Below, piece after piece: positions 17,784-27,074 of a DNA stretch of 37,398 nt. The notes under the pieces are model-generated. The model did no database searches and was not told the DNA's origin. It saw nothing but the letters and a program-made list of their open reading frames with translations. The stretch is from a virus. Its lineage: Duplodnaviria > Caudoviricetes. Each line of letters begins with the position of its first letter. Positions within the stretch are counted from its first letter, which is position 1. A program made the translations under genes and the position numbers. The stretch spans positions 1 to 37,398 of the IMG/VR virus record IMGVR_UViG_3300032327_000277; one strand, written 5' to 3'.

Positions 17784-18067
17784 TGGCTAAAATGGCAGGA
17801 CTACACGCAGACGACTCGAACCACGAAGAGTTCTCCTTGCTTGAAGTAAATCGGCTTTTTAACGAAGGCAAAATTACTAAATTGTTTGACTATATTGCTA
17901 CCGAGTACCACCGCCGTGGCCAAGAACAGGAGCAAGAACGCATTATCAAACTGCTAGAAGAAGCAAGAAATAAATGTGCTTGCTATCGTGAAGTTGGTAT
18001 GCCTATCTGCCGCCACCAGTTAAGCGTTGATGAGCAAGTCGCGTTCATCAAAGGAGAAAACAAATGA
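17783..18067 (+). CDS. Hypothetical protein
   Basis: TAATG coupling; EQERIIKLLE ... IKGENK. Confidence 0.7.
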   Translation: MAKMAGLHADDSNHEEFSLLEVNRLFNEGKITKLFDYIATEYHRRGQEQEQERIIKLLEEARNKCACYREVGMPICRHQLSVDEQVAFIKGENK

Positions 18068-18201
18068 AACCAGGCTGTTATAGCTGCCGAAAAGGTAAGT
18101 GCCTATCGCACAAGACAAGTCCTTTACGCATTTGGTGGAATCACTATGGTATAAAGCGTTGGTATTGGGCTATTGTCGCTCTCATAAAAGGGAAGAAGTA
18201 A
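18064..18201 (+). CDS. 45-aa basic Cys/Trp-rich peptide
   Basis: GGAG RBS, ATGA overlap; MKPGCYSCRKGKCLSH...LIKGKK*. Confidence 0.6.
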   Translation: MKPGCYSCRKGKCLSHKTSPLRIWWNHYGIKRWYWAIVALIKGKK

Positions 18202-18276
18202 ATGGTATTTGCAATATTTACTATAGTTATCTTTACATTAGTAATTAAAGAGATGATAAGGAAGCATAAGGAATGA
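18202..18276 (+). CDS. 24-aa single-TM peptide
   Basis: Abuts both neighbours; MVFAIFTIVIFTLVIKEMIRKHKE*. Confidence 0.45.
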   Translation: MVFAIFTIVIFTLVIKEMIRKHKE

Positions 18277-18410
18277 GATTTAGGCATTACTCACATAACA
18301 TTCCGACCTACGGTGTTCAAATTTGGAAACCAGACCACCGCTCAGGTTGGACGCTAGACATTTACTTTAATAACCACGTTTTTGTAGTTATGTTTTATAG
18401 GGTGCGTTAA
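18273..18410 (+). CDS. 45-aa hypothetical protein
   Basis: AAGGA RBS, ATGA overlap; stop abuts ATG 18411. Confidence 0.55.
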   Translation: MRFRHYSHNIPTYGVQIWKPDHRSGWTLDIYFNNHVFVVMFYRVR

Positions 18411-18881
18411 ATGAACGACAATGACTTCATAGACGATATGTTTGGCGAGCTTGAGGTTTACTACCCAGGTTCTAAACGTAAGCGCCGTGAACCAGCTCCT
18501 AAAGTAGAGCTAGATAATAGCTGGGAAAAAAATTTTTATAAAAAAACTTTGCCAAACGGTAGACAACTTGAAGTTTATTCGATAGGGTCGTTAGCAAGTG
18601 CTTTAAACCGAACAATTCCAACGCTTAGGCAATGGATGCAACGGGGAAAACTTCCTGACTCACCTTACCGTCTTCCAGCTAAACTGGATAAGAATGGTAA
18701 TATGGGCGAAGGACGAAGGCTTTATAGTAAAGCAATGGTAGAAGTTACTATTGAATTATTCGCAAAAGCTGGAATTTTGAACACAGATCGTATAGACTGG
18801 GTTCTACACCGGAGTCTTAGCAATAAGATAGCCGAGGCGTGGGAAACAATCCGCGCAGAAGAATCAAACTCAATTAACTAA
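18411..18881 (+). CDS. MerR-like HTH DNA-binding protein
   Basis: YSIGSLASALNRTIPTLRQWMQRGKLP...GRRLYS. Confidence 0.8.
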   Translation: MNDNDFIDDMFGELEVYYPGSKRKRREPAPKVELDNSWEKNFYKKTLPNGRQLEVYSIGSLASALNRTIPTLRQWMQRGKLPDSPYRLPAKLDKNGNMGEGRRLYSKAMVEVTIELFAKAGILNTDRIDWVLHRSLSNKIAEAWETIRAEESNSIN

Positions 18882-18888
18882 GGAAAAC

Positions 18889-19551
18889 ATGCCAATTAGC
18901 CAAGATGCCCCAAATGCCGAGAACTACTGGGTTGAAGAAGACGTCGATGCACGTCCAGCCCAAGCTACAGCAACAAGCACGTCAGTCCAGTCGGGCTGGG
19001 ATGCTGCTGAAAGCCTAACTGTTACATCCGATTTCCCAACAGAAGTCAAGTTTGAAGACGCACAGCACCAAGTTTTCAAGTTCCTTGACGAAGCTGGCCC
19101 GTTTGCGATTTACAAGCAGCACTTTCTTAGTCAGAAGACTAAGGGTAAGCGCTCGTATGTTTGCATTGGTGCCAAGTGCCCACTTTGCATTAAGCTCCAG
19201 GAACGCGCTGAGAACAAGCGTGCATTTACCGTTGTAACCCTTAACTCAAAAGAAGGAATGCAACGTCAAATGCTAATCTCAGGAGCTCGCCTTTACCAGG
19301 CACTCCACGCAGCACATTACTCCCCACAGGGTCCGCTTACCAAGGGTTACTGGGCAATTGTCCGCCTAGGTAAGGGTCCACAGACTAACTACACTGTCAC
19401 TCCGATTAAGGAGCGCGACCTCGAAGAAGACTGGAACATCAGTCAAGAAAAGGCATCCGCAGTGGTTGCTTCTTCTGAGGTTTACACCCGAGGTATCATC
19501 AAGGAGCACTCATTTGAAGAGCTTGATGAGATCGCGGACTCGCTTATCTAA
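18889..19551 (+). CDS. Single-stranded DNA-binding protein (gp32-like)
   Basis: H...C-x4-CPLC zinc site; R-x-GKGPQTNY; immediately before polymerase. Confidence 0.7.
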   Translation: MPISQDAPNAENYWVEEDVDARPAQATATSTSVQSGWDAAESLTVTSDFPTEVKFEDAQHQVFKFLDEAGPFAIYKQHFLSQKTKGKRSYVCIGAKCPLCIKLQERAENKRAFTVVTLNSKEGMQRQMLISGARLYQALHAAHYSPQGPLTKGYWAIVRLGKGPQTNYTVTPIKERDLEEDWNISQEKASAVVASSEVYTRGIIKEHSFEELDEIADSLI

Positions 19552-19565
19552 GTCCGACATCAGTA

Positions 19566-19608
19566 GCAAAAGGCGAGGATTTGACATCCTCGCCTTTTGC
19601 GTTATTGT
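19566..19608 (+). terminator. 15-bp perfect hairpin terminator overlapping a promoter
   Basis: GCAAAAGGCGAGGAT-ttgac-ATCCTCGCCTTTTGC; TTGACA 19581-86, 16 nt, TATTGT 19603-08. Confidence 0.7.
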
Positions 19609-19617
19609 GGAGATATT

Positions 19618-21600
19618 ATGAATATTATTACTACTGCCGAACAACTTGCCGAGATGGTAGATTACTACTTAACTCAAGATGCCTTTGCCTACGATGTTGA
19701 AACTGTAGGACCTCGCCGCGGAATGACCCCCGTAAACGAGGTTTTATGGATTACCTTAGCCACTCACGGAAGATGTGACGTTATTCCTATGGGTCACCCT
19801 CACGGAGACTTTGTAGAAGAGATTTACCCTCTAACTGGTCAGGGAGAAGTACGTAAAGAAAAAGGGTTAACCTTACGCCCTAGCGACTATAGCCGCGATG
19901 CTAAAAAGTCTACAAAAGTATTCGGCCCAGCTCCTGAGCAGCTATTCCCAGCCGAAGTTTTTAAGGGCCTAGAGCCCCTTATGTTTAATGAAGACATACT
20001 CACAATTGGCCATAACCTTGTATTTGACCTGACTTCGGTAGCAAAATACTACGGCGGAAAATTTCCTGTTGGGCCTTACTTCGACACTATGATTGCCTCG
20101 TTCATTACAGACAACCGTAATAAAAACAAATGCGGCTTGGCTGATTGCCTTAAGCGCGAGTTTGGGTATGAGATGGAAAAAGGCGTAGGTAAAGAAGTTG
20201 AGGTCTATGACTTTAACACGGTTGCTAAATACGCATACCTGGATTCTAAGTACACTTTTCTACTCTGGAAATCCCTAGTTCCTAAGATTGACGCAGCAGA
20301 ACTTAATAAAGTTTTTTCGCTAGAGATGGACGTTCTTAGAGTTCTATGCGATATGAAGTTGACAGGTGCCATAATTGACACAGACTCGCTTAAGCAACTA
20401 AAGATTGACTTAGAAGCCAAAGTAGATGAGGCTAGATCAAATATCTACAAGGCTGCTGGGCGGGAGTTTAATATTAACTCCAACCAAGAAAAACAGGTCC
20501 TTCTATACGGCCCTAAAGAAGAAGGTGGTCGGGGGTTAAAGGCTAAGGTACTTACCGTTAAAGGCGCTCAAAAAGACAAAATGGGGCTAGACCTAGCCAA
20601 CTCTGATTACTCGGTATCTGCCGAAGCACTAGAGCCCTACCGCGATAAAGACCCACTAGTAACTGCTTTGCTGGAGTATGCAGACTACAACAAGCTGCTT
20701 TCTACTTATGTGATTCCTTATTTGGGCGGAGAGATTGAGCGTACTACTGCGGGCAAAAGCCGAACTGAGATTAAAGATAGTCTGCTTATAAACGGTCGTC
20801 TACACGGTGACTTTATCCAGCATGGTGCAGAAACTGGAAGATTCAGCTCCAGAAATCCAAACCTTCAGAACGTTCCTGCTCCGCATACGCCTCATGGCAA
20901 AGCTATTCGTAACCTATTTGTAGCGCCTCCAGGGTACAAACTTGTGGTCGCGGACTACTCGCAGATCGAGCCCCGCGTTATTGCCTCATTCTCAGAAGAC
21001 CCGATTATGCTGGAGAACTACCTAAATGGCAAAGATATTTATACCACTGTAGGTAACACTATGGGAGTAGACCGTAAAGCAGGCAAGGTTTTAGTTTTGG
21101 CTATGGCATACGGCGTAGGTCCCGACAAGATTGCAAGTCAGATCGGCTGTACAAAAACTGAAGCCAAAAATCTACTAGATAAATTCGCCGCAGAGTTTAG
21201 CTCAATTGCTAAATACCGAGCCAAAGTACTGGGGGCAACCCGCGCTGGAAAGCCTGTACCCCACATTAAAACCCTTACTGGTCGTCGCCGTTATTTGCCA
21301 GAGATTATGTCTCGAGACGTAGGCATCCGAGCAGGAGCGGAGCGTCAAGCATTTAACACTAAGATTCAGGGCAGTGCCGCAGATATTATTAAAATTGCTA
21401 TGGTACGTACGCACAAAATGATTCCAAAAGAAGCTAGGATTATTTTGACAGTTCACGATGAACTAGTCTTAATAACCCCAGCAGAACTTGCAGATGAAAC
21501 AGCAAGTATTTTGCGCGAAGCTATGGAAGATATTCAGGTGTTAAAGGTGCCACTAATTGCAGACATTAAAATAGTAGACCGATGGGGTGAGGCGAAATAA
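19618..21600 (+). CDS. polA: Family A DNA polymerase with 3'-5' exonuclease
   Basis: DVET exo I, HNLVFD, TGRFSSRNPNLQN, DYSQIEPR, RKAGKVLVLAMAYG, VHDE; ATG 19618 preceded by GGAG. Confidence 0.96.
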   Translation: MNIITTAEQLAEMVDYYLTQDAFAYDVETVGPRRGMTPVNEVLWITLATHGRCDVIPMGHPHGDFVEEIYPLTGQGEVRKEKGLTLRPSDYSRDAKKSTKVFGPAPEQLFPAEVFKGLEPLMFNEDILTIGHNLVFDLTSVAKYYGGKFPVGPYFDTMIASFITDNRNKNKCGLADCLKREFGYEMEKGVGKEVEVYDFNTVAKYAYLDSKYTFLLWKSLVPKIDAAELNKVFSLEMDVLRVLCDMKLTGAIIDTDSLKQLKIDLEAKVDEARSNIYKAAGREFNINSNQEKQVLLYGPKEEGGRGLKAKVLTVKGAQKDKMGLDLANSDYSVSAEALEPYRDKDPLVTALLEYADYNKLLSTYVIPYLGGEIERTTAGKSRTEIKDSLLINGRLHGDFIQHGAETGRFSSRNPNLQNVPAPHTPHGKAIRNLFVAPPGYKLVVADYSQIEPRVIASFSEDPIMLENYLNGKDIYTTVGNTMGVDRKAGKVLVLAMAYGVGPDKIASQIGCTKTEAKNLLDKFAAEFSSIAKYRAKVLGATRAGKPVPHIKTLTGRRRYLPEIMSRDVGIRAGAERQAFNTKIQGSAADIIKIAMVRTHKMIPKEARIILTVHDELVLITPAELADETASILREAMEDIQVLKVPLIADIKIVDRWGEAK

Positions 21601-22049
21601 TGTCTTGGCCCATGCTAGACCCTAAAGAATATGGGAAAGCCATTAAGGTTCCCATTACCACCCTATTTAGATGGTATCTGTACGACATTACTGGGGAAGA
21701 CGCCAATAAGCACGCAGAATTGTTTAAGTTATTTCCCGTTAGCAAAGAGGGTGATGATAAAGAACTGGAAGATTCAGAGGAAAGATTAAATAAACTTGTT
21801 TATCTTATCCCTTTTATAAAACTGTATGCAGATATGAATGCCAGTCTTACTTTTGACACGCACCGAAAAGAGATGCTTAAGCGCGCTAACCTAAGTGAAG
21901 AAATGCTAAATAGTAGCGCCGAAGCACTCAAAGAGTTTTATAGCAATATGACTTTCAATGGCATAGTTGCTGTACTGTCATCCGCTGCTGAACTTAACTT
22001 AATCACATTAAATGGCATTATTAAAAAAACTAGGAAAGAGACCAAATGA
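21600..22049 (+). CDS. Hypothetical protein
   Basis: Coupled 149-aa ORF. Confidence 0.7.
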   Translation: MSWPMLDPKEYGKAIKVPITTLFRWYLYDITGEDANKHAELFKLFPVSKEGDDKELEDSEERLNKLVYLIPFIKLYADMNASLTFDTHRKEMLKRANLSEEMLNSSAEALKEFYSNMTFNGIVAVLSSAAELNLITLNGIIKKTRKETK

Positions 22050-22462
22050 GTAACTCGTGGTGGGCTGACAAACTAGGAAACTCCCAGCCCCAAGCTCAAC
22101 GCCCAGCAACCCCTGCCCAACCGATGCAACCTGGAATAACTACCCCATATCCTGGGTATACGACTAACCAGGCGTATCCGCCAGTTAACCAGCAAATGCC
22201 CTACAACCCAGACTTAGAAGGCCACAGGCTGCCAGCCAGCGCAACGTCTTCAAACCGATGCCCAAATTGCTCTAGCGGCAATTATGGAAAAATGACAGCA
22301 GAGACAGCTCCACGCTGCTATGATTGTGGTTACCCGATCCAGCAGTCTGGCTCAGGAATGCCAGGAGTTCGGGTTCCTACTAATGGAAATACTTCAGCTT
22401 CTAAGCAAGTAAGTACTGCAAACAACTTCAACCCGCAAACAATCATAGACAGGATCGGCTAA
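22046..22462 (+). CDS. P/Q-rich protein with zinc ribbon
   Basis: CPNC-x14-CYDC; coupled to recA. Confidence 0.75.
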   Translation: MSNSWWADKLGNSQPQAQRPATPAQPMQPGITTPYPGYTTNQAYPPVNQQMPYNPDLEGHRLPASATSSNRCPNCSSGNYGKMTAETAPRCYDCGYPIQQSGSGMPGVRVPTNGNTSASKQVSTANNFNPQTIIDRIG

Positions 22463-23484
22463 TGGTTAGCGCAGTAGATGCCTTAATGGCAAAAATGAAT
22501 AAGAAACTTGGCGAAAACACTGTTGTAAAAGCTTCCGCCATTGTTCCACTAACCCGTATGACCTCAGGTTCATTATCTTTGGACATGATTCTAGGAGGAG
22601 GTTGGCCAGCTAACCAGTGGCACGAAATTATTGGTGAAGCCAGCAACGGTAAGACTGCGCTAGCTTTGAAGACCATTGCGGCTAACCAAAAACGAGACCC
22701 TAATTTCACTACTATTTGGATTGCCGCTGAGCAGTGGGTCCCAGAGTACGCAGATATGTGCGGCGTAGATTCATCACGGGTATTCGTGTTTAGTAGCAAC
22801 GTTATGGAAACGGCCCTCACAGCTGTTCTAGAGTTCGTAGAAACTAAAGAAGTAGACTGTGTAGTAATCGATTCCTTTCCCGCTTTGGTTCCTTCGGCCG
22901 AAGACGAAAAAGCTATGGAAGAATTTACCGTAGGTCGCGGAGCCATGCTTATTGGAAAGTTTTTCCGTAAGATGGAACGCGCAGGTAAGCGCAGTATGTT
23001 GGGTGAAGAACGCCCTTTTATCGGCCTAATCATTAACCAGTTCCGCATGAAGATTGGCGTAATGTATGGAGACCCCCGTACTACTCCAGGCGGAGAAGCC
23101 AAGAACTACTTTTTCTTTACTCGCGTTGATGTAAAGCGCGATGAGTGGATTGAAGTTGGTACTGGCCAAGAAAAGCGCAAGGTCGGGCAAACTATCAAGT
23201 TCCAGACTCGCAAGAACAAGTCTTCACCTCCAGGACAAGTTGCCTTCGTAGACTTTTACTTTGACGATGGTGCAAGTGTTGAAAAAGGCGATTACGATTT
23301 CGCTAAAGAGATCGTGTCACTAGCAATTATCAATAAGATAGTAGTACGAGCAGGAGCATACTACCGCTATGCAGACCGCCAGTGGCAGGGTGCAGATGCC
23401 CTGTTAAATTCAATTAGAGAAGAAGTAGACTTGCAAGAGCAACTAACCAAAGACGTACTAGACACCTTGAAGCTGGCATCATAA
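22462..23484 (+). CDS. recA: RecA recombinase
   Basis: SGSLSLDMILGGG, GEASNGKT, VVIDS, INQFRMKIGVMYGDPRTTPGGEA. Confidence 0.96.
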   Translation: MVSAVDALMAKMNKKLGENTVVKASAIVPLTRMTSGSLSLDMILGGGWPANQWHEIIGEASNGKTALALKTIAANQKRDPNFTTIWIAAEQWVPEYADMCGVDSSRVFVFSSNVMETALTAVLEFVETKEVDCVVIDSFPALVPSAEDEKAMEEFTVGRGAMLIGKFFRKMERAGKRSMLGEERPFIGLIINQFRMKIGVMYGDPRTTPGGEAKNYFFFTRVDVKRDEWIEVGTGQEKRKVGQTIKFQTRKNKSSPPGQVAFVDFYFDDGASVEKGDYDFAKEIVSLAIINKIVVRAGAYYRYADRQWQGADALLNSIREEVDLQEQLTKDVLDTLKLAS

Positions 23485-23684
23485 TGGAGCGCGCAAAAAG
23501 AAACGCACAAGTTATGTGCAACAGCTGCCCTAAAGCTTTTTATGCCAAAGGGCTATGCAAGTCCTGTTATATGGTTGCTTTTAGAGGAGCTTCCGTTAAG
23601 CCAACGCGTGTAAAGATAGAAGAAACACCAGAATACATCGAAGGTTTCTGGCAGTTTGTAAAGGCAGAGCTAAGAATTGGCTGA
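23484..23684 (+). CDS. Small zinc-finger protein
   Basis: CNSC-x5-AKGLCKSCY, like the N-terminal finger of phage HNH proteins but with no HNH motif. Confidence 0.65.
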   Translation: MERAKRNAQVMCNSCPKAFYAKGLCKSCYMVAFRGASVKPTRVKIEETPEYIEGFWQFVKAELRIG

Positions 23685-24234
23685 GGCGTCTGGGCTACCA
23701 AATAAAAAATATAAAGTTATTTATGCGGACCCGCCGTGGACATACGCGGATATGAAAAATAAAGACCCTAAAATGGGAGGAATAACATATCCAACAATGT
23801 CGCTTAATGAAATTAAAAAAATGCCAATTGCAGATTTAGCAGAAAAAGATTGTGCACTTTTTATGTGGGCTACTATGCCATTACTTCAAGAGGCATTAGA
23901 AGTAATTGAGGCTTGGGGGTTTAAGTACACAACTTGTGCTTTTACTTGGGTAAAGCTAAACCCTTTAGGTGTAGGGATATACTCAGGTATGGGTCACTGG
24001 ACTAATGGTAATGCCGAACTTTGCTTATTTGCTAAACGCGGGGCTCCAAAACGTGAAGCCAAAAACGTTAAACAAATAGTTATGGCCCCTAGAGGCAGAC
24101 ATAGCGCAAAACCTGCAGAAGTACGCGATCGAATTGTTTCATTAATAGGGGATGTACCACGAGTAGAATTATTTGCTCGAGAAACCGCAGACGGCTGGGA
24201 TTCCTGGGGAAACCAATTGGAGAATAATGGCTAA
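23677..24234 (+). CDS. MT-A70 family N6-adenine methyltransferase
   Basis: IYADPPW, LFMWAT, WGFKY, WVK, HSAKP, ELFAR, GWDSWGN. Confidence 0.93.
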   Translation: MAEASGLPNKKYKVIYADPPWTYADMKNKDPKMGGITYPTMSLNEIKKMPIADLAEKDCALFMWATMPLLQEALEVIEAWGFKYTTCAFTWVKLNPLGVGIYSGMGHWTNGNAELCLFAKRGAPKREAKNVKQIVMAPRGRHSAKPAEVRDRIVSLIGDVPRVELFARETADGWDSWGNQLENNG

Positions 24235-24571
24235 ATCAGAAGGTCAAAAACAGTCCCAGAAGCACGAGAAACGTTTAGCTAATCTAGTAGGCGGTCAAAA
24301 AAACGTTGCTTCTGGGGCCTTCTGGTTTCGTAAGGGCGATGTACGGTCTAAAGACCTACTGATTGAGCATAAGTGGACGGGTAAAAAGTCGTTTACACTA
24401 CAGTCCTCTGTACTAGAAAAGATTACTGTAGAGGCGCTAATGGATAGTCGCACACCTGTACTAGGTATTAGCCTTAATAACACCAATTATGTAATTTTAG
24501 ACGAAAATGATTTTTTAACTATGCGCGAGTTTCTGCTACAATGTATCGAGGAGCACACGGAGGAGAAGTAA
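24227..24571 (+). CDS. PD-(D/E)XK nuclease, Hjc-like Holliday junction resolvase
   Basis: HEKRLA, SGA, KGDV, LIEHK; GGAG RBS before ATG 24227. Confidence 0.75.
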   Translation: MAKSEGQKQSQKHEKRLANLVGGQKNVASGAFWFRKGDVRSKDLLIEHKWTGKKSFTLQSSVLEKITVEALMDSRTPVLGISLNNTNYVILDENDFLTMREFLLQCIEEHTEEK

Positions 24572-24590
24572 CTTCCTAATTGGAGATTAC

Positions 24591-24962
24591 TTGTACAATT
24601 TTTCAGAAAGTTTAAACAAAGAACCAAACGCTTGGGAATACAGCGCTAAATGCGGAGAACAAGTTTATGATTCTGAGCACAAAGATTATAAGTCTGTCTA
24701 TGACCCAAACTGGTGGTTTCCACCTAGGGATAAAAACCTTTATAAGCCTATTGCCGATAAAGCAAAGTCTATCTGTTTTGGTAGAGACGGAAAAAGCGAA
24801 TGCCCTGTTCGTCTACAGTGCCTAATGGCTGCAGATAAAAACGATGAAGTGCACGGAATTTGGGGCGGTATGAGCCACCGTGAGCGCAATGCCCTAAAGC
24901 GCAAAGCTGTTCGCTTAGGTACCACGCTGGAAGAACTCGCTAAAAAAACAAATAGACATTAG
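24591..24962 (+). CDS. whiB: WhiB-family Fe-S transcription factor
   Basis: Four Cys, AKSIC...CPVRLQCL, GIWGG-x4-ER; GGAG RBS before TTG. Confidence 0.92.
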   Translation: MYNFSESLNKEPNAWEYSAKCGEQVYDSEHKDYKSVYDPNWWFPPRDKNLYKPIADKAKSICFGRDGKSECPVRLQCLMAADKNDEVHGIWGGMSHRERNALKRKAVRLGTTLEELAKKTNRH

Positions 24963-25002
24963 TAGTAAGTTGTGATAGGTTCGTTTTTGGAGGACATAAA
25001 AT

Positions 25003-25878
25003 ATGCCAAAAGATAGCCTAAAAAAATTGCCAGCTGGAGCGTTAAAGAACTTCGTGGATGCTGGTAAATCAACTACTCGTGTTATTAGTAAAGTAGAGCG
25101 TCACGTTCTATCACAGCCAGTAGATAATCACCGATCATTTGACGGGCTACACCCCTCAGCTATGGTTAGTCCGTACTGGTGCCACAGGGCGTCTTACTTT
25201 CACCTAAAAGGCAACCACCCAGCGCCAGAACCCCGTCAGTTTAAGCGCGAACTTATTTTTGCGCAAGGCCACGGTATCCACAATACGTGGCAAAACTGGT
25301 TTCGCGATATGGGTAAGCTATACGGCGTTTGGAAATGCCGTAACTGCGCCCTTCAGTTTTGGGCAACTAGCCCAGAGGGATGTGACGGCTGTGGCGCTGA
25401 GGGTTTAATGCGGTATAAAGAAGTGCCTGTTGAAAGCACTGAACTAATGATTACAGGTCATTCAGACGGTTGGCTAAAAGGATTTGGCGATGATTTAATG
25501 CTAGAGATTAAGTCTGTAGGCGAAGGTACTTTTATGTGGTACGACAGGTCTGCTTGGTTTGCTGGCGGAGGCAATTTTGCTGAAGCTTGGAAAAACCTTA
25601 AGTCACCATTCGCCGCCCACGTAGCACAGGTACAGTTGTATATGAAAGTACTTGAAATATCAGGGCGAACAGACGTTCCGCAAGAAGCCGTACTTCTATA
25701 CGAAGCCAAGCCTAACCAAGAGGTAAAAGAGTTTATTGTCCGCAAGGACGATTGGGCAATCAGTCCTATTATCGATGGCGCAAAACTTGTAGTAGAATCA
25801 TTAAGTAAAAACGTAGCCCCAGATTGCAATGTCAATGGAGCTATGAAGTGCAAGCAATGTGGAGGGTTCAATGAGTAA
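25003..25878 (+). CDS. Cas4/RecB-like exonuclease
   Basis: HPS...C, G-x-x-IH, DG...EIK, QVQLYM, C-terminal C...CKQC; extra CRNC...CDGC finger. Confidence 0.85.
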   Translation: MPKDSLKKLPAGALKNFVDAGKSTTRVISKVERHVLSQPVDNHRSFDGLHPSAMVSPYWCHRASYFHLKGNHPAPEPRQFKRELIFAQGHGIHNTWQNWFRDMGKLYGVWKCRNCALQFWATSPEGCDGCGAEGLMRYKEVPVESTELMITGHSDGWLKGFGDDLMLEIKSVGEGTFMWYDRSAWFAGGGNFAEAWKNLKSPFAAHVAQVQLYMKVLEISGRTDVPQEAVLLYEAKPNQEVKEFIVRKDDWAISPIIDGAKLVVESLSKNVAPDCNVNGAMKCKQCGGFNE

Positions 25879-26368
25879 GCTAATAACCAACGACACCAGC
25901 AAGTACGTTCTAGATATGCTAGATGAACAAGGTCTAGTAGTAGATCGAGAAACAAGTATGCCTAGACCTAAGCTTCCAGCTGATATCACAGAGCTGGATG
26001 ATGAAGACCTAATGCGTTTGTATACCCATTTATCGGCGTATAGCGAGTTTATTAACAACCAGTTAGCTTGCGCAATTATCGATGAAAAAGACGCAGAGCG
26101 CACCAAAGACTACGCTGAGTCAGAGGCTATGTTGCGCCACCAAGGTACCAATGCCAAGACCACAGTTACGATTATTAAAGCCCTAGTTGACGGAGACCCT
26201 GCATTAGAAAATGTCAGGCACGATGCACTAGTAAAGTACTCGTACCGCAAAATGCTAGAAACTATGGCAAATAACTACGAGCGTAGCTCCTCAGTATGCA
26301 GTCGTGAGTTAACCCGTAGAACCTCGGGAGATAATTTCAAGACTAGAAGCCGTAAGTTCAGCGCATAA
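25871..26368 (+). CDS. Helical protein, possible UvsY-like recombination mediator
   Basis: GGAGG RBS; long amphipathic helices ending SRELTRR; between nuclease and RuvC (function inferred). Confidence 0.5.
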   Translation: MSKLITNDTSKYVLDMLDEQGLVVDRETSMPRPKLPADITELDDEDLMRLYTHLSAYSEFINNQLACAIIDEKDAERTKDYAESEAMLRHQGTNAKTTVTIIKALVDGDPALENVRHDALVKYSYRKMLETMANNYERSSSVCSRELTRRTSGDNFKTRSRKFSA

Positions 26369-26958
26369 TGGCAGCTAAAAATAAAGGACCAAAGAAGTTT
26401 GGGCCAGGGCTCAGCCACCTAACTACTAGGTTTGCCATAGGTATTGACCAGTCCTATTCAGGATTCGGCATTACTTTTATGGACTTAGATAGTGACCGAT
26501 GGGAAACTATCGTGTTTAAAGGCGAGGGTATCGGAGTAAGCCGTTTAATGTATATCAATGACACCATCGCTAACCTAGTAGACAACCGTATAGTTAAGGC
26601 AAAAGAAATTGTCGTAGCAATGGAAGGTTATGCGTTCGGTTCGCAGATGGCCAATATGGCTGGCGAACTGGGTGCCGTAGTCAAACTATTCTGCTACGTT
26701 ACATTTAAAGGATTTAAAGGCCAATACCCCTACATTATCCCGCCTACTGTTTTAAAAAAGTATGTTACAGGTAAAGGTACAGGGATTCAAAAGAACCAGA
26801 TTTTACTAAACGTGTTTAAAAAGTGGGGGGTAGAGTTTACTGATGACAACGCCGCAGACTCGTATTCCTTAGCGCATTTAGCCGCAGGTAAATGTAATTT
26901 GACTTACGAAAAAGAAATTTATCACAATATTCAAGACCCTAAATATCGAGAGAAGTAA
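26368..26958 (+). CDS. ruvC: RuvC-like Holliday junction resolvase
   Basis: IGIDQS, AMEGY, PTVLKKYVTGKG, DDNAADS. Confidence 0.9.
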   Translation: MAAKNKGPKKFGPGLSHLTTRFAIGIDQSYSGFGITFMDLDSDRWETIVFKGEGIGVSRLMYINDTIANLVDNRIVKAKEIVVAMEGYAFGSQMANMAGELGAVVKLFCYVTFKGFKGQYPYIIPPTVLKKYVTGKGTGIQKNQILLNVFKKWGVEFTDDNAADSYSLAHLAAGKCNLTYEKEIYHNIQDPKYREK

Positions 26959-27074
26959 TGGGAACAAATAACTCGGGCTGGTGCATGACAGAAGACCATG
27001 ATAATTGCCCTAAGATATTTACCACTAGTGTATGTCCCTGTAATTGCCACATAATTAATAAATTACGCAGTTAA
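26958..27074 (+). CDS. 38-aa Cys/His-rich peptide
   Basis: TAATG coupling; GWC-x4-H-x2-C-x8-CPCNCH. Confidence 0.6.
   Translation: MGTNNSGWCMTEDHDNCPKIFTTSVCPCNCHIINKLRS

Noticed and set aside
25003-25878. Cas4-like gene as sign of CRISPR-Cas
   Set aside because: No repeat-spacer array or other cas genes seen; solo Cas4-like nucleases are common in phages
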